Below, piece by piece: positions 29,338-40,620 of a DNA stretch of 64,000 nucleotides; position 1 is the first letter of the stretch, and each line of letters begins with the position of its first letter. The translations under genes were made by a program, and so were the position numbers. This DNA comes from an uncultured Bacteroidales bacterium (GTDB taxonomy: Bacteria > Bacteroidota > Bacteroidia > Bacteroidales > VadinHA17): contig CAVZVF010000001.1 of assembly GCA_963778605.1 (NCBI GenBank), positions 448,995-512,994 on the forward strand, written 5' to 3'. Under the pieces are notes generated by a model that saw nothing but the letters and a program-made list of their open reading frames with translations, had not been told where the DNA came from and did no database searches.

Positions 29338-30408
29338 TTGAGAAAAATTATACATATAGATATGGATGCATTTTTTGCATCAGTTGAACAGCTTGACAAT
29401 CCTGATTTAAAAGGTAAACCTGTGGCCGTAGGTGGAAGCGGAGAGAGAAGTGTGGTAGCGGCGGCAAGTTATGAGGCCCGGAAATTCGGTGTGCATTCAG
29501 CCATGCCCTCTGTTATTGCCAAACGGTTATGCCCTGATCTTATATTTGTAAAACATAACTTTGAAAGGTATAATGAAGTTTCGGCTAACGTAATGGAGAT
29601 TTTCAAGGAGTATACCGATATTATTGAACCGCTGTCAATTGATGAAGCATTTCTGGATGTCACACATGATAAACAAAATATCAGCTCCGCTACAGTTATT
29701 GCAAAAAGGATCCGATCCGAAATAAGAAAAAAGACCGGACTTACGGCTTCTGCGGGTATTTCAATCAATAAATTTCTTGCTAAGATAGCCTCCGATATCA
29801 ATAAGCCTGACGGGCTTTTTCTGATCCGCCCTGAAGAAGCCGAAAAGTTCATTGAAGAGCTGGCTGTTGAAAAGTTTTATGGCATCGGGAAAGTAACTGC
29901 ACAAAAGATGCATAAATTAGGTATTCATAAAGGGGCTGATCTTAAAAAATGGGATTTAGTCTCACTCGTAAGAAATTTTGGCAAAGCAGGGGTCTTTTTT
30001 TACGATATGGTAAGGGGTATTGATGACCGTCCGGTTGAACCTGAACAGGAACGCAAATCAATTGGCACTGAACTGACGTATGAGAAAGACCTGACTACCC
30101 GTTTTGAGATAATTGCAGAACTTTATAAGCTTGAAAAAGAGCTTATGGACCGGCTGGAACACGCAGGAACTTCCGGAAGAACAGTTACGCTGAAAGTAAA
30201 GTTTGCAGATTTCAGACAATTGACAAGGAGTAAAACTCTTCAACACTATATCCGCGACTTCGAATCACTCCACAGGGAGACATCTTCCATAAGGAATGCC
30301 CTTAATCTTGAGGGTGTCAGGATAAGGCTTCTTGGTATTAGCATCTCCAACCTTGAATCTGATGATTGTTCCGACAGGCAGCTTTATTTGTTTGATGACC
30401 AGGTCTAA
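29338..30408 (+). CDS. dinB: DNA polymerase IV (Y-family)
   Basis: Motifs IIHIDMDAFFASVE, VAVGG...VV.AASYEAR.FGV.SAM, SIDEAFLDV and ASAGI..NKFLAKIASD..KP.G. The start codon is TTG. Confidence 0.9.
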   Translation: MRKIIHIDMDAFFASVEQLDNPDLKGKPVAVGGSGERSVVAAASYEARKFGVHSAMPSVIAKRLCPDLIFVKHNFERYNEVSANVMEIFKEYTDIIEPLSIDEAFLDVTHDKQNISSATVIAKRIRSEIRKKTGLTASAGISINKFLAKIASDINKPDGLFLIRPEEAEKFIEELAVEKFYGIGKVTAQKMHKLGIHKGADLKKWDLVSLVRNFGKAGVFFYDMVRGIDDRPVEPEQERKSIGTELTYEKDLTTRFEIIAELYKLEKELMDRLEHAGTSGRTVTLKVKFADFRQLTRSKTLQHYIRDFESLHRETSSIRNALNLEGVRIRLLGISISNLESDDCSDRQLYLFDDQV

Positions 30409-30581
30409 ATCAGAGCTGAGAGAGTTTTAGAGTGGGAGCACAGACTTCTTAAGATCCCCCCCGGGAGAGCCTGCCCCGACCGAATAAAAAGATCCTGTCT
30501 ACCTGAAGTACAGTGGTTCGTAAGCAGCATCGGAGGTTGAGGTGGGTTTTGAACAGGAAAAACAAAAAACCAAGGTGGAAT

Positions 30582-31505
30582 CTATAAACTATCAGGTAAT
30601 ACCCAATCATAAGGGGTTTCCTGATAAACATAATAATTCAGCCAGTTTACAAAAAACAAATTGGCATTTGCGCGCCATGTTACAATTGGTTTTCCATTTG
30701 GATTATCACCGGAAAAGTAATTTTCCGGAATATCAATTGGCAAGCCTTTTGCTATATCACGTTCATATTCATCTTTGAGCGTATTTGAATTATACTCAAA
30801 ATGACCGGTAACAAAAATCTGCCGGTTATTTTTCGAAATAATAACATGAACTCCGGCTATTTCTGACCATGCAGCCAGCACTAATTCCGGATTTTGTTGA
30901 ATATCTGTTAACCTGTTTTCTGTATACCTTGAATGAGGTGTATAAAATGTATCATCAAAGCCCCTGAACAAAGGCGTTTTATTATCTGTAATCTGATGTT
31001 CAAATACTCCGAAAAGTTTTTTCCGTAACGGATATTTTTGAATACCGTAATGATGATACAAACCAGCCTGAGCCCCCCAGCATATATGCAATGTGTTGGT
31101 AACATTGGTTTTGCTCCATTCCAACACCTCTGAAATATCATCCCAATAATCAACATCTTCAAATTCAAGGTGTTCTACCGGAGCTCCTGTGATTATTAAA
31201 CCATCATATCGTTTTTGTTTTATCTGGTCGAAAGTTTTATAAAAGATATTCAGATGTTCTTTGGAAGTGTTTTTTGAATCATGTTTATCCATATAAAAAA
31301 AGTCAAGTCCTATCTGTAAAGGAGTATTTGATAGAATTCTTATAAAGTCGGTTTCCGTTACTATTTTAAGAGGCATTAAATTACAGAAAGCAATTCGTAA
31401 TGGACGGATATCCTGTTGTGATGCGCGTAGTTCATCCATTATAAAAATGTTCTCATCCTTAAGAATGGTAATGGCTGGTAAATTATTTGGAATATTTATT
31501 GGCAT
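30582..31505 (-). CDS. metA: Homoserine O-acyltransferase MetA (succinyl/acetyl)
   Basis: Motifs MPINIP..LPA...L..ENIF, I..LNLMP.K..TE, ICWGAQA.L and HSR.T. 307 aa. Confidence 0.9.
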   Translation of the reverse strand: MPINIPNNLPAITILKDENIFIMDELRASQQDIRPLRIAFCNLMPLKIVTETDFIRILSNTPLQIGLDFFYMDKHDSKNTSKEHLNIFYKTFDQIKQKRYDGLIITGAPVEHLEFEDVDYWDDISEVLEWSKTNVTNTLHICWGAQAGLYHHYGIQKYPLRKKLFGVFEHQITDNKTPLFRGFDDTFYTPHSRYTENRLTDIQQNPELVLAAWSEIAGVHVIISKNNRQIFVTGHFEYNSNTLKDEYERDIAKGLPIDIPENYFSGDNPNGKPIVTWRANANLFFVNWLNYYVYQETPYDWVLPDSL

Positions 31506-31567
31506 GGTTTTATAATCTGTCTTTAATGGACCAAAATTAACCTTTTCAAGTGTTTTAAAAAACTTTT

Positions 31568-31768
31568 TTATAATGACAGGACAATACTAATTAAAGTAAG
31601 AACAAACCACCGACAGATAAGTATCCCTGATTTCAGTTGATTGGATCGTTCAATTGCCCCTTTCATTCCTTTTTCCCCGGAAGTAAGTACGAATTCAGCA
31701 TCATTTATCATTGATAAGACGATATGGGCCTTAATACCTGCGCCCCGATTAAATTTTTCAAACTTCAT
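31568..31768 (-). CDS. Hypothetical small protein with a C-terminal hydrophobic helix (uncertain)
   Basis: 66-aa ORF in the gap between cysE and metA on the same strand. I recognise no family. Confidence 0.25.
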   Translation of the reverse strand: MKFEKFNRGAGIKAHIVLSMINDAEFVLTSGEKGMKGAIERSNQLKSGILICRWFVLTLISIVLSL

Positions 31769-31874
31769 CCAGGCTGAAATTTCAGGAGTATAAAGTTTGT
31801 TAAATTTTAAGTGAGGGCATATCCTATCATTTCCGGAATAAAATATGCTTTCATTATTGTAATGCTAAAATAGA

Positions 31875-32639
31875 TTAAATGTTATAGTTTAAAGGCTCCG
31901 GAAATTTGTTCTGGCCCCTTACAATTATTTCACTTTTATGATAAACAATCGAGAAAGGTGCTATACTTTCTGTAAGCCAGACGTTTCCTCCGATAATACT
32001 GTTTCTGCCTACTACTGTCTCACCTCCCAGTATCGTACATCCGGAATACAATATTACATTGTCCCCAATGGTTGGGTGTCGTTTCTTTGATACCCAGCTT
32101 TTGTCCACACTTAACGCTCCAAGTGTTACACCCTGGTAAAGTTTTACATTATTCCCGATTATTGCTGTTTCCCCGATCACGATACCTGTTCCATGATCAA
32201 TAGAAAACGGGGTTCCTATTACTGCCCCCGGATGAATATCAATGCCAGTTATCTTGTGAGCATATTCTGTAATCATCCTTGGCAGAAATGGAACCGAAAG
32301 TTTGTGTATGGAATGTGCAATCCGGTAGCAATAAATCGCAAAAAAACCCGGATAAATCGCAATTACTTCAGCAAGTTCTTTTGCTGCAGGGTCGGATTCC
32401 AGAATAAACTCAGCGTCTCCCAGAAGGATCTTTTTTGTTGATGGAAGAGTGTCGAGAAACTTCTGGGGATATTTTTCATTTTCTGGTGTCAATCCACTGA
32501 AGATGATTCCCAACTGTTCGTATAGAGTGCCCCCGGAGAAATCAAATTCAATGCTGGTTAAATTCTCATTAAACGGAAACAAAAGTCTGAAAATCTTTTT
32601 AACAGCTATTTCGACACCTTTTTTATTTGGTATAGTCAC
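31875..32639 (-). CDS. cysE: Serine O-acetyltransferase
   Basis: Left-handed beta-helix hexapeptide repeats (GIDIHPGA.IG..F.IDHGTGIVIGETA.IG.NV.LYQGVTLG...KRHPTIGDNV.....ILGG). The start codon is GTG. The gene is last in the cys operon. Confidence 0.85.
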   Translation of the reverse strand: MTIPNKKGVEIAVKKIFRLLFPFNENLTSIEFDFSGGTLYEQLGIIFSGLTPENEKYPQKFLDTLPSTKKILLGDAEFILESDPAAKELAEVIAIYPGFFAIYCYRIAHSIHKLSVPFLPRMITEYAHKITGIDIHPGAVIGTPFSIDHGTGIVIGETAIIGNNVKLYQGVTLGALSVDKSWVSKKRHPTIGDNVILYSGCTILGGETVVGRNSIIGGNVWLTESIAPFSIVYHKSEIIVRGQNKFPEPLNYNI

Positions 32640-32766
32640 TTTTTATTTCAATTAAAAAATCGGATTACAAATTTAAACATTTGTTTTACACATAATGTTC
32701 AACCTGTGGATTAAAGTTATTTAAGATCTCCTCCTGTGAAGAAATTTGTACACCTTAAGAAATTAA

Positions 32767-32806
32767 GACTGCACGACTGCACGACTGCACGATTGCACGA
32801 TTGCAA
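32767..32806. repeat. 8-nt tandem array (5 units) directly after the cysN stop
   Basis: gactgcac x3 followed by gattgcac and gattgcaa. The array ends 5 nt from the cysN stop codon (32811-32813). Confidence 0.8.
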
Positions 32807-32810
32807 AGTG

Positions 32811-34085
32811 TTATACCCCTGTTATCATCCCGGCTGCCATTGTCTCATTTGTACATTCGTCGATGAAGATCATACTGCCGGTGATATTATTTTTCTTGTA
32901 GCTATCAAAAAAGACTGGTTTAGAGGTTTTTACAGTGATATTTGCTATGTCGTTCATATTAATTATAAGATTTGCAAAATCATGTTCCATTGTATCAATG
33001 TTTAACCTGTAGTTTATATTTTTTACTACACATCCGGCCTCGTTACTATTAATACGGATCAGATATCTTCCTCCGATCTTTAGCGGACGTTCATTGAACC
33101 AGCAAATCATCAGGTTAATATCCTGACTTATAACCGGCAAATCATCAGACGATACGATCATATCACCCCGACTTATATCTATCTGGTCCTCTAGTGATAT
33201 TGCTACTGAATCACCAGCAATACTCTCTGAGAGGGTTTTTCCCAGGCTATCAATACTTTTAATTCGTGATTTCCGCAGTGATGGCAATACGGTCACCTCA
33301 TCACCTGGTCTGAATATGCCTCCTGCAACACGGCCAGCATAGCCCCTGTAATCGTGAAAATCTTCGGTCTGTGGCCGGATAATTGTCTGTACCGGGAATC
33401 GCGGAGTGAGGGAATTTTTATCTTTTTTTATTTCAATTGTCTCAATCAGTTTTAAAAAAGTTTTCCCTTCATACCAATTAATATTCTCTGATCTGTCAAC
33501 TACATTATCTCCATACTTGGCACTTATTGGAATATAATGAACATCTTTAATTTTAAGTTTATCAGTGAGAGTGGCCAGCTCTGCTTTAATTTCGGTGAAG
33601 ACCGCTTCCGACCAGTTCACCATATCCATCTTGTTGATACAGAATATTATATGCCGGATGTCAAGCAAGGATGCAATGTATGAATGCCGGATTGTTTGTT
33701 CAAGAACCCCTTTTCGTGCATCGATAAGTATTACAGCAAGATCGGCGGTGCTGGCACCGGTAACCATATTACGGGTATACTGAATATGTCCGGGAGTGTC
33801 GGCGATAATGAATTTTCTGGCTGGTGTGGCAAAATACCGGTAGGCTACATCTATAGTTATACCCTGTTCACGCTCAGCTCTAAGACCATCAGTCAGAAGG
33901 GATAAATCCATTTCTTTTCTGCCCAGTCGTTTTCCTGACTGGAGAATATGTTCCATCTGGTCTTCGAAAATAGATTTACTGTCATAAAGCAGACGCCCGA
34001 TCAAAGTACTCTTACCGTCATCCACACTGCCGGCTGTTGTAAACCTCAGGAGACTTTTATATTGTTTCTTGCTGCTGATTGTCAT
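32811..34085 (-). CDS. cysN: Sulfate adenylyltransferase subunit 1 (GTPase, no fused APS kinase domain)
   Basis: Motifs G1 GSVDDGKST, DTPGH and NKMD. At 424 aa it is too short to include CysC. Confidence 0.9.
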   Translation of the reverse strand: MTISSKKQYKSLLRFTTAGSVDDGKSTLIGRLLYDSKSIFEDQMEHILQSGKRLGRKEMDLSLLTDGLRAEREQGITIDVAYRYFATPARKFIIADTPGHIQYTRNMVTGASTADLAVILIDARKGVLEQTIRHSYIASLLDIRHIIFCINKMDMVNWSEAVFTEIKAELATLTDKLKIKDVHYIPISAKYGDNVVDRSENINWYEGKTFLKLIETIEIKKDKNSLTPRFPVQTIIRPQTEDFHDYRGYAGRVAGGIFRPGDEVTVLPSLRKSRIKSIDSLGKTLSESIAGDSVAISLEDQIDISRGDMIVSSDDLPVISQDINLMICWFNERPLKIGGRYLIRINSNEAGCVVKNINYRLNIDTMEHDFANLIINMNDIANITVKTSKPVFFDSYKKNNITGSMIFIDECTNETMAAGMITGV

Positions 34086-34150
34086 CTCTTAATTACTTAT
34101 TGCTCATTTTTATTTTCCCCATTCCTAACGTTCTGAGTACAAAATAGTAA

Positions 34151-35098
<948 letters not shown>

Positions 35099-35117
35099 TC
35101 CTACCTTTATCTTATAA

Positions 35118-35194
35118 CTTGTGCCTTGTCCTTCTTATCTTTTGCCGTTTGCCTTTTATTTTGTGTCTTGCCCCCTGCTCCCTGCTCCCTGCAC
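35118..35194. repeat. Degenerate heptad array (11 x 7 nt) filling the cysH-cysD spacer
   Basis: cttgtgc|cttgtcc|ttcttat|cttttgc|cgtttgc|cttttat|tttgtgt|cttgccc|cctgctc|cctgctc|cctgcac. Position 3 is T in 10 of 11 units. The array ends 1 nt from the cysH stop codon. Confidence 0.7.
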
Positions 35195-35195
35195 C

Positions 35196-35903
35196 TTATT
35201 TAATATGACATCCACACTCCTTTGGACCCTCTTTCTCCCACCACCACCTGCCGGAGCGAAAATCCTGTCCCGGTACAACTGCTCTGGTGCACGGTGCACA
35301 ACCTATGCTGACAAAACCCTTGTCATGCAAAGAGTTGTATGGAACACTATTCGCTTTAATGAAATTTTCAACTTCATTAAATTTCCAATAGAAGAGAGGA
35401 TGGAACTTAAAAAGCTTTTTATCCTCATCCCATTCTAACGGACTCATATTATATCGGTTATCAGACTGATCGGCACGGATACCGGACATCCAGCACTCTT
35501 TTCCCCTCAGGGCCCTGTTAAGCGGAATGACTTTTCTCAGTTTGCAGCATTCGATCCTGTCTTCTTTTGACTCATAGAAGCTAAAAGGTCCTTTTTCTGT
35601 GACCATTTTTTCAACAGACTGATAATCCGGGAAATAAACATTGATTTTTTTGTTGTATTTTATGATTGTCCGGGAGAATACATCATAGGTTTCAGGAAAT
35701 AACCGACCGGTATCCAGTGTAACGACCTCAATTGGTAAATTGCTCTCAAAGATTACATGAGTCAATAGCTGGTCCTCTAACCCAAAGCTGGTGGTAAATA
35801 TCACTTTTCCCGGGAAAAGTGAAACCAATATATCGAGTGATTCGGATAGATTTTTGTTACGCAGCAGCCTATTCAGCTCGCTTAATTTCAAATTTTTTTC
35901 CAT
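35196..35903 (-). CDS. cysH: Adenylylsulfate/phosphoadenylylsulfate reductase (thioredoxin-dependent); the Fe-S type motifs suggest APS reductase
   Basis: PAPS_reduct fold, with C-terminal KECGCH (ECG.H catalytic Cys). The CC (RIECCKLRK) and CxxC (GCAPCT) motifs are the cluster-binding pattern of assimilatory APS reductases. Confidence 0.85.
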   Translation of the reverse strand: MEKNLKLSELNRLLRNKNLSESLDILVSLFPGKVIFTTSFGLEDQLLTHVIFESNLPIEVVTLDTGRLFPETYDVFSRTIIKYNKKINVYFPDYQSVEKMVTEKGPFSFYESKEDRIECCKLRKVIPLNRALRGKECWMSGIRADQSDNRYNMSPLEWDEDKKLFKFHPLFYWKFNEVENFIKANSVPYNSLHDKGFVSIGCAPCTRAVVPGQDFRSGRWWWEKEGPKECGCHIK

Positions 35904-36192
35904 TTGATTTCTTCAGAATATTTAGTTTGATCCTGTGAATATGGGCCCATAAACGTTCATGGAAATAGTAGAGGACCGTCTTAGTTAATACTTCCACACT
36001 TCCTATAGATAAGGCAATTGTAATTTTTCCGGTAATTAGATAACTTATTATCATAGTGTCAAGAGTTCCCACTATTCGCCAGGAAATGGCTTTCATTACG
36101 CTTTTTATGGGTTTATCTTTAAGATCGCTGACTTTAATTACTCCCATTTGTGGAATATTCTCATCAGGACTTTTTATAAATACATCAAGCAT
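35869..36192 (-). CDS. DUF2061-like small membrane protein, first gene of the cys operon
   Basis: KAISWRIVGTLDT..ISY.ITG........G.VEV.TK..LYY.HER.W. It overlaps the cysH start by 35 nt. Confidence 0.65.
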   Translation of the reverse strand: MLDVFIKSPDENIPQMGVIKVSDLKDKPIKSVMKAISWRIVGTLDTMIISYLITGKITIALSIGSVEVLTKTVLYYFHERLWAHIHRIKLNILKKSNGKKFEIKRAE

Positions 36193-36603
36193 AAAGGTTA
36201 AGTTTCAGTTTTTAGTAAATTTAAATGTTTGATTAGTATGCCTTATTGGCAATTATGCGGTAAACATATTGGTATTTATGCATATCCATTGATATGCTTA
36301 TAGTACTATTTCCGGGAATCAATCAGTATTTAAAATTATCACGGAATCTCATGGACGTATAACTGGCGAACTTTACCTGATGTAGTCTAATGTATTAACA
36401 TACAATATTTTAGTTCGAAAATACGGCTGGTCTGTTTCTATACATTGCTGATTTTCCAATTGATAAAGTCTGCAGACTCAGACATTTTATTGTTATTCGT
36501 ATAACAGTGATTGTTAATAAAATAACACTAAAATTACATGCTGGTATGAGAGATTTGAAGCGGAGGTTGTTTCGGGGCAACTATTTAAAATAGTATTTTT
36601 TAT

Positions 36604-37425
36604 TTATAGTAACTCGGATTTTAATCCGTCGAAAAAACATTGTATTTCAGGATCATCAGAATATATCTCAGATTCATGAAATAAGTCGGTCAGCGTTTTT
36701 TTATTTTTTATCAGATCAAGAAGTATTTCCACAACCCCGCAATATCCGGAAGGTTCCTTCTGGTTAAATTTATAAACAAGCACCTGTTTATTATAACCGT
36801 TAAAGAAATTAATAAGGATCTCAAATTTTAACTTATGTATCTGAACAAGTGCATCAACGGATCCAAAGTTCCTTATAAAATGATCAAACCTTACTGTTGC
36901 ATTATCTTTTATCCTATGTCCGATCACCTCCTGTTTAATGCCTCTTGTCAGGTAAATTTCCAGGTACCTGTATATTCCTGTGAATCCAAATGCGTCAAGA
37001 TCGTCTGCAACTGAAAGAATGGACAGAAGATCATTTACCGCATTATTACCAGGATAATCTTTTCTGTCGTGATTTTCAACAGCTTCAATGACATCCCTGA
37101 AATTTTTTTCGCCCAGGCGGTTATCGGAAAGGAATTTAAGACATAATTCCCTGCTATGTTTTCCATGTCTTTCTCCGGTTTCAACCGACATACCTATATC
37201 ATGAAGATAACAGGCAATTATCAGTTTTGAAGGAAGTTGTGGAAGTAACCTTGATTTTTGAACAGAAAGTATGGTGATGAGTTCTTTAGCATAGCTCCAA
37301 ACTCTCCGGTGATGGTCAATACCATGCGCTGAAGAAGTTTTTTCATTATACACTGAGATAAAAAACTCTTCAAGGATCTGTTTAAACCGAAGTTCTGCAG
37401 ATTCAATATGGCTGTCCGGTTTCAT
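36604..37425 (-). CDS. HD-domain phosphohydrolase-like protein
   Basis: HGIDHH.RV...A and the HD dyad in YLHDIGM, plus HGKHS. 273 aa. Confidence 0.7.
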   Translation of the reverse strand: MKPDSHIESAELRFKQILEEFFISVYNEKTSSAHGIDHHRRVWSYAKELITILSVQKSRLLPQLPSKLIIACYLHDIGMSVETGERHGKHSRELCLKFLSDNRLGEKNFRDVIEAVENHDRKDYPGNNAVNDLLSILSVADDLDAFGFTGIYRYLEIYLTRGIKQEVIGHRIKDNATVRFDHFIRNFGSVDALVQIHKLKFEILINFFNGYNKQVLVYKFNQKEPSGYCGVVEILLDLIKNKKTLTDLFHESEIYSDDPEIQCFFDGLKSELL

Positions 37426-37430
37426 ATTTG

Positions 37431-37461
37431 AAAAAAAAAAGCAAAAGAATGAGCCTTTTGC
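37431..37461 (-). terminator. Rho-independent terminator downstream of the small HTH gene
   Basis: gcaaaag-aatgagc-cttttgc forms a 7-bp stem (37441-37461). On the minus strand it is followed by a 10-nt T-run (the plus-strand a-run at 37431-37440). Confidence 0.55.
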
Positions 37462-37487
37462 TTTTGAACAGGCCCCCTGATAATAAA

Positions 37488-37733
37488 TTAGTAGTTGATC
37501 ATTTTCTTTGCCAGGTCAAGAATTGTTGTATCGTCGAAGGTTACAATGCCTCCATCCGGACCCTGTTCAAAATGAATTCCAACGCTTTGCCCTTTATCAA
37601 AATTTCTCCCTCCGAAGTAGTTTCTAACTGTCTCCTCATTCAAATCCAGTTTATCTGCAATCTGTCTCATACTACCGGAGGGCAACTGGTCTTTTATCTT
37701 CCGGAGTTCATTAAAGGTGATAGTTTTATCCAT
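37488..37733 (-). CDS. Small putative helix-turn-helix DNA-binding protein
   Basis: 81 aa. GSMRQIADKLDLNEETVRNYF resembles an HTH. I am not confident of any family assignment. Confidence 0.5.
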   Translation of the reverse strand: MDKTITFNELRKIKDQLPSGSMRQIADKLDLNEETVRNYFGGRNFDKGQSVGIHFEQGPDGGIVTFDDTTILDLAKKMINY

Positions 37734-37858
37734 AACATTTTAAAATTTATCCAGTTAATAATATAGTCATCTTGAATTCCAAAGTTAAACATTAATATTC
37801 TAACACAAAAATTTAGATGATGGTTGTAATTCATTAATTCGGTAATTATTTATAAAAA

Positions 37859-38324
37859 TTATGTAAACGGTTTAACAGTTGTAGCATCCCTGATAATATA
37901 TACATCATAATCACCCAGATACGAAAATCCTGCCTTCTTATATAGTTCAATTGCTCTTTTATTGCTCCTGTGTACTTCAAGTTTTACCATGATAGCCTTT
38001 CTGCTTTACAAACTCAAGAGACTCATTTAAAAGAACTTTAGCCAGTCCATGTCCCTGGTATTCAGGCAGTAAGCCAAAATGATGAAGATGGATTCTTCGT
38101 CCGTCAAAGGTCATCCATGATGTTCCGCAAATAATTCCTGATGATTTATACTCAAGTACCAGCAGAGTGCCACCTATTTTTATGCTGTTCTCGATTGCCT
38201 CTTCAGTGTCACCTCTTTTAGGGCTTCCCAGACTTGTAACTTCCCACAGGTGGTTGATAGCATCAAAATCACCCCGGAGGTAGGTTCTGATACTGAATCC
38301 CTTAATAATGTCATCTCGGGTCAT
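37859..38324 (-). pseudogene. GNAT-family N-acetyltransferase, frameshifted as sequenced
   Basis: ORF 37977..38324 carries HHFGLLPEYQGHGLAKVLL (the acetyl-CoA site). The C-terminus is recovered in another frame (VKLEVHRSNKRAIELYKKAGFSYLGDY...*). The break is near 37990. Confidence 0.7.
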
Positions 38325-38430
38325 TATTATAATTTTTTGGCATTATAAGTTTGTCCGCCAATCCCTGCGGATCAGGTTCATTAACTGATGGTTCCGAGCC
38401 CCCATGACTGAGTTCACGGTTAAAAAATAG

Positions 38431-39201
38431 TCATAATTTAATCAATAATTCAAGAAATAACTGAAGAGCCTTCTTCTTATCATCATCGAAATTATAATCA
38501 ATGTTATCTGTAAGATAATTCTTAAGATCATTGCCTTTAATAGTACCGGTTTTTCCGAACTTTTTTACCACCGCATCAATATTTTTTACACCCAGCATTA
38601 AGGCACTATTGAATTCTTTGATAAAATCTTCCCCGAGCTTTTTATTTGCCGTCCAGCACGCGAAAACGATAGGCAGGCCGGAGAATTCTTTCCAGGCCAT
38701 GGCAAGGTCAATCCGGTATCTGAATCTTCTTTCATATTCAAAACACTGATCTCCGATAAGAACAACTGCTTCGTTCAGACCTATATTTATAAAATCGAAC
38801 CCAATGTAAGTATCAACCCAGGTAAATTTCTTTTTCCAGCTGTTTTTGGCTAGTATTTTTGTCAGATTCACAGATGAACGTGAACGGTAATCAAGGTAAA
38901 CGGTTTCAATCTTTTCAAACGGGTAATTACTCAGAAGCATAACCGTTCTTACGTTCCCGTTGGCACCAATACAATAATCACTTATAATATGATATTCACT
39001 CAGAAGGGGTAGTGCCGCAACAGGTATCAATCCGATATCCGCTTTACCGCTGACAAGTTTTTCAGCGCATTGAGCCGGATGATCAGTTGTGAGTATAACC
39101 CTTTTATCAAATCCGCTCTCGGTCAATCCATAGATAAACGGATAAGTATTTGCATATTTAACAGCTGAAATCCTGATTTTATCCATACTCTTTTTTTTCA
39201 A
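38431..39201 (-). CDS. mqnA: Chorismate dehydratase MqnA-like protein (futalosine menaquinone pathway, MqnA/MqnD family)
   Basis: IRISAV.Y.NT.PF.YGL, periplasmic-binding-protein-like fold pattern, LTTD.PA.CA..L..G..D.GLIP. An alternative start is the ATG at 39186. Confidence 0.65.
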   Translation of the reverse strand: MKKKSMDKIRISAVKYANTYPFIYGLTESGFDKRVILTTDHPAQCAEKLVSGKADIGLIPVAALPLLSEYHIISDYCIGANGNVRTVMLLSNYPFEKIETVYLDYRSRSSVNLTKILAKNSWKKKFTWVDTYIGFDFINIGLNEAVVLIGDQCFEYERRFRYRIDLAMAWKEFSGLPIVFACWTANKKLGEDFIKEFNSALMLGVKNIDAVVKKFGKTGTIKGNDLKNYLTDNIDYNFDDDKKKALQLFLELLIKL

Positions 39202-39213
39202 CTTCTAAAATAG

Positions 39214-39221
39214 TACATTTG
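39214..39221 (+). promoter_or_regulatory. Candidate -7 box (TAcaTTTG) for purB
   Basis: tacatttg lies 41 nt upstream of the ATG at 39262. This is a motif match only. Confidence 0.3.
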
Positions 39222-39261
39222 TATATAGTTGTCACAAATAAAACACACAAACTGATCAATA

Positions 39262-40605
39262 ATGGAATTAAATTCTCTGACAGCCATCTCTCCGGTGGAC
39301 GGAAGGTACAGGCAGAAGGTTGATGAGCTTGCTATCTATTTTTCGGAATTTGGTCTCTGCAAGTATAGGTTGATGGTGGAAATTGAATATTTCATAGCCC
39401 TTTGCAACATACCACTTCCTCAACTGATTGATTTTAACAAAGAAAATTACAAGCTACTCAGATCATTCTATGAGGATTTTAGTATAGAAGATGCTCTGAT
39501 TATTAAAGAAAAAGAGAAGATCACTAATCATGATGTGAAGGCTGTCGAATATTTTATTAAGGACAGATTTTCCCGGTCAGGTTGGAACAAATGGAGTGAA
39601 TTTATACATTTTGGCCTCACTTCGCAGGATATTAATAATACAGCAATACCCTTATCAATAAAAGATGCTCTTACAGAGGTCTATTTTCCTCTTCTTTTTG
39701 AACTAAGGGAAACACTCGCAACATTTGCCGACGAGTGGAAAGATATTCCAATGCTTGCCAGAACACATGGGCAACCTGCTTCTCCAACAAAACTGGGAAA
39801 AGAAATAGCGGTATTTATTTCCAGAATTGACGGACAATTAAAATATTTCGCCCAGATACCCTATTCGGCAAAATTTGGTGGAGCAACCGGAAATTTTAAT
39901 GCACATAAAGTTGCTTACCCTGATATTGATTGGATATCATTTGCCAATAACTTTGTAAATGAGGAACTTGGATTGCAACGGTCTCATCCTACAACTCAGA
40001 TCGAACACTATGATAATCTTGCCGCTTTGTTTGATAATATGCGAAGAATAAATGTTATTCTTATTGATATGGCACGTGATATCTGGTTATATATCTCACT
40101 CGATTATTTCCATCAGAAAATCAAAAAAGGAGAAATCGGTTCATCTGCCATGCCTCATAAGGTCAACCCGATTGATTTTGAAAACGGAGAAGGCAACCTG
40201 GGATATGCAAATGCAATCTTTGAACATTTCTCAATGAAGTTACCAGTATCCAGGCTTCAGCGTGACCTTACCGATTCCACTGTTCTAAGAAATGTAGGCG
40301 TGCCAATAGGACATTCAATACTGGCATTCAGCTCTCTGCTCAAAGGTCTTAATAAGCTTATCATAAACATAGATAAGATTAACAGCGATCTCGAGAACAA
40401 CTGGGCTGTAGTTGCGGAAGCAATTCAAACGATCCTGAGAAGGGAAAGTTATCCTGAACCCTATGAAACGCTCCTCGAACTTACCCGGACAAATCAAAAA
40501 ATCACTGGTGATTCGATTAAAAGGTTCATTGATAATCTTGAAATTGGCGAAGAGGTAAAATCAGAGTTAAAAGCTATAAGTCCTTTTAATTATACTGGTT
40601 TTTAA
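39262..40605 (+). CDS. purB: Adenylosuccinate lyase
   Basis: Motifs SPVDGRY, TSQDINNTA and the signature GSSAMPHKVNPI.FEN. 447 aa. Confidence 0.95.
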   Translation: MELNSLTAISPVDGRYRQKVDELAIYFSEFGLCKYRLMVEIEYFIALCNIPLPQLIDFNKENYKLLRSFYEDFSIEDALIIKEKEKITNHDVKAVEYFIKDRFSRSGWNKWSEFIHFGLTSQDINNTAIPLSIKDALTEVYFPLLFELRETLATFADEWKDIPMLARTHGQPASPTKLGKEIAVFISRIDGQLKYFAQIPYSAKFGGATGNFNAHKVAYPDIDWISFANNFVNEELGLQRSHPTTQIEHYDNLAALFDNMRRINVILIDMARDIWLYISLDYFHQKIKKGEIGSSAMPHKVNPIDFENGEGNLGYANAIFEHFSMKLPVSRLQRDLTDSTVLRNVGVPIGHSILAFSSLLKGLNKLIINIDKINSDLENNWAVVAEAIQTILRRESYPEPYETLLELTRTNQKITGDSIKRFIDNLEIGEEVKSELKAISPFNYTGF

Positions 40606-40620
40606 TACACAGAGGACAGA

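Noticed and set aside
36193-36603. I looked for a SAM/S-box or other riboswitch in the 410-bp leader of the cys operon and upstream of metA (31506-31567). A 12-bp palindrome agtctgcagact lies at 36467-36478.
   Set aside because: I found no conserved riboswitch core sequences on the transcribed strand. The palindrome is short and isolated, and it contains a PstI site, so it could be chance.
37488-38324. I considered whether the GNAT acetyltransferase plus the small HTH protein form a GNAT-type toxin-antitoxin module.
   Set aside because: The gene order (GNAT first, then a 125-nt gap, then the HTH gene) is opposite to known TacAT/KacAT/AtaRT modules. The HTH protein does not look like a DUF1778/RHH antitoxin. 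The GNAT looks like an ordinary small acetyltransferase.
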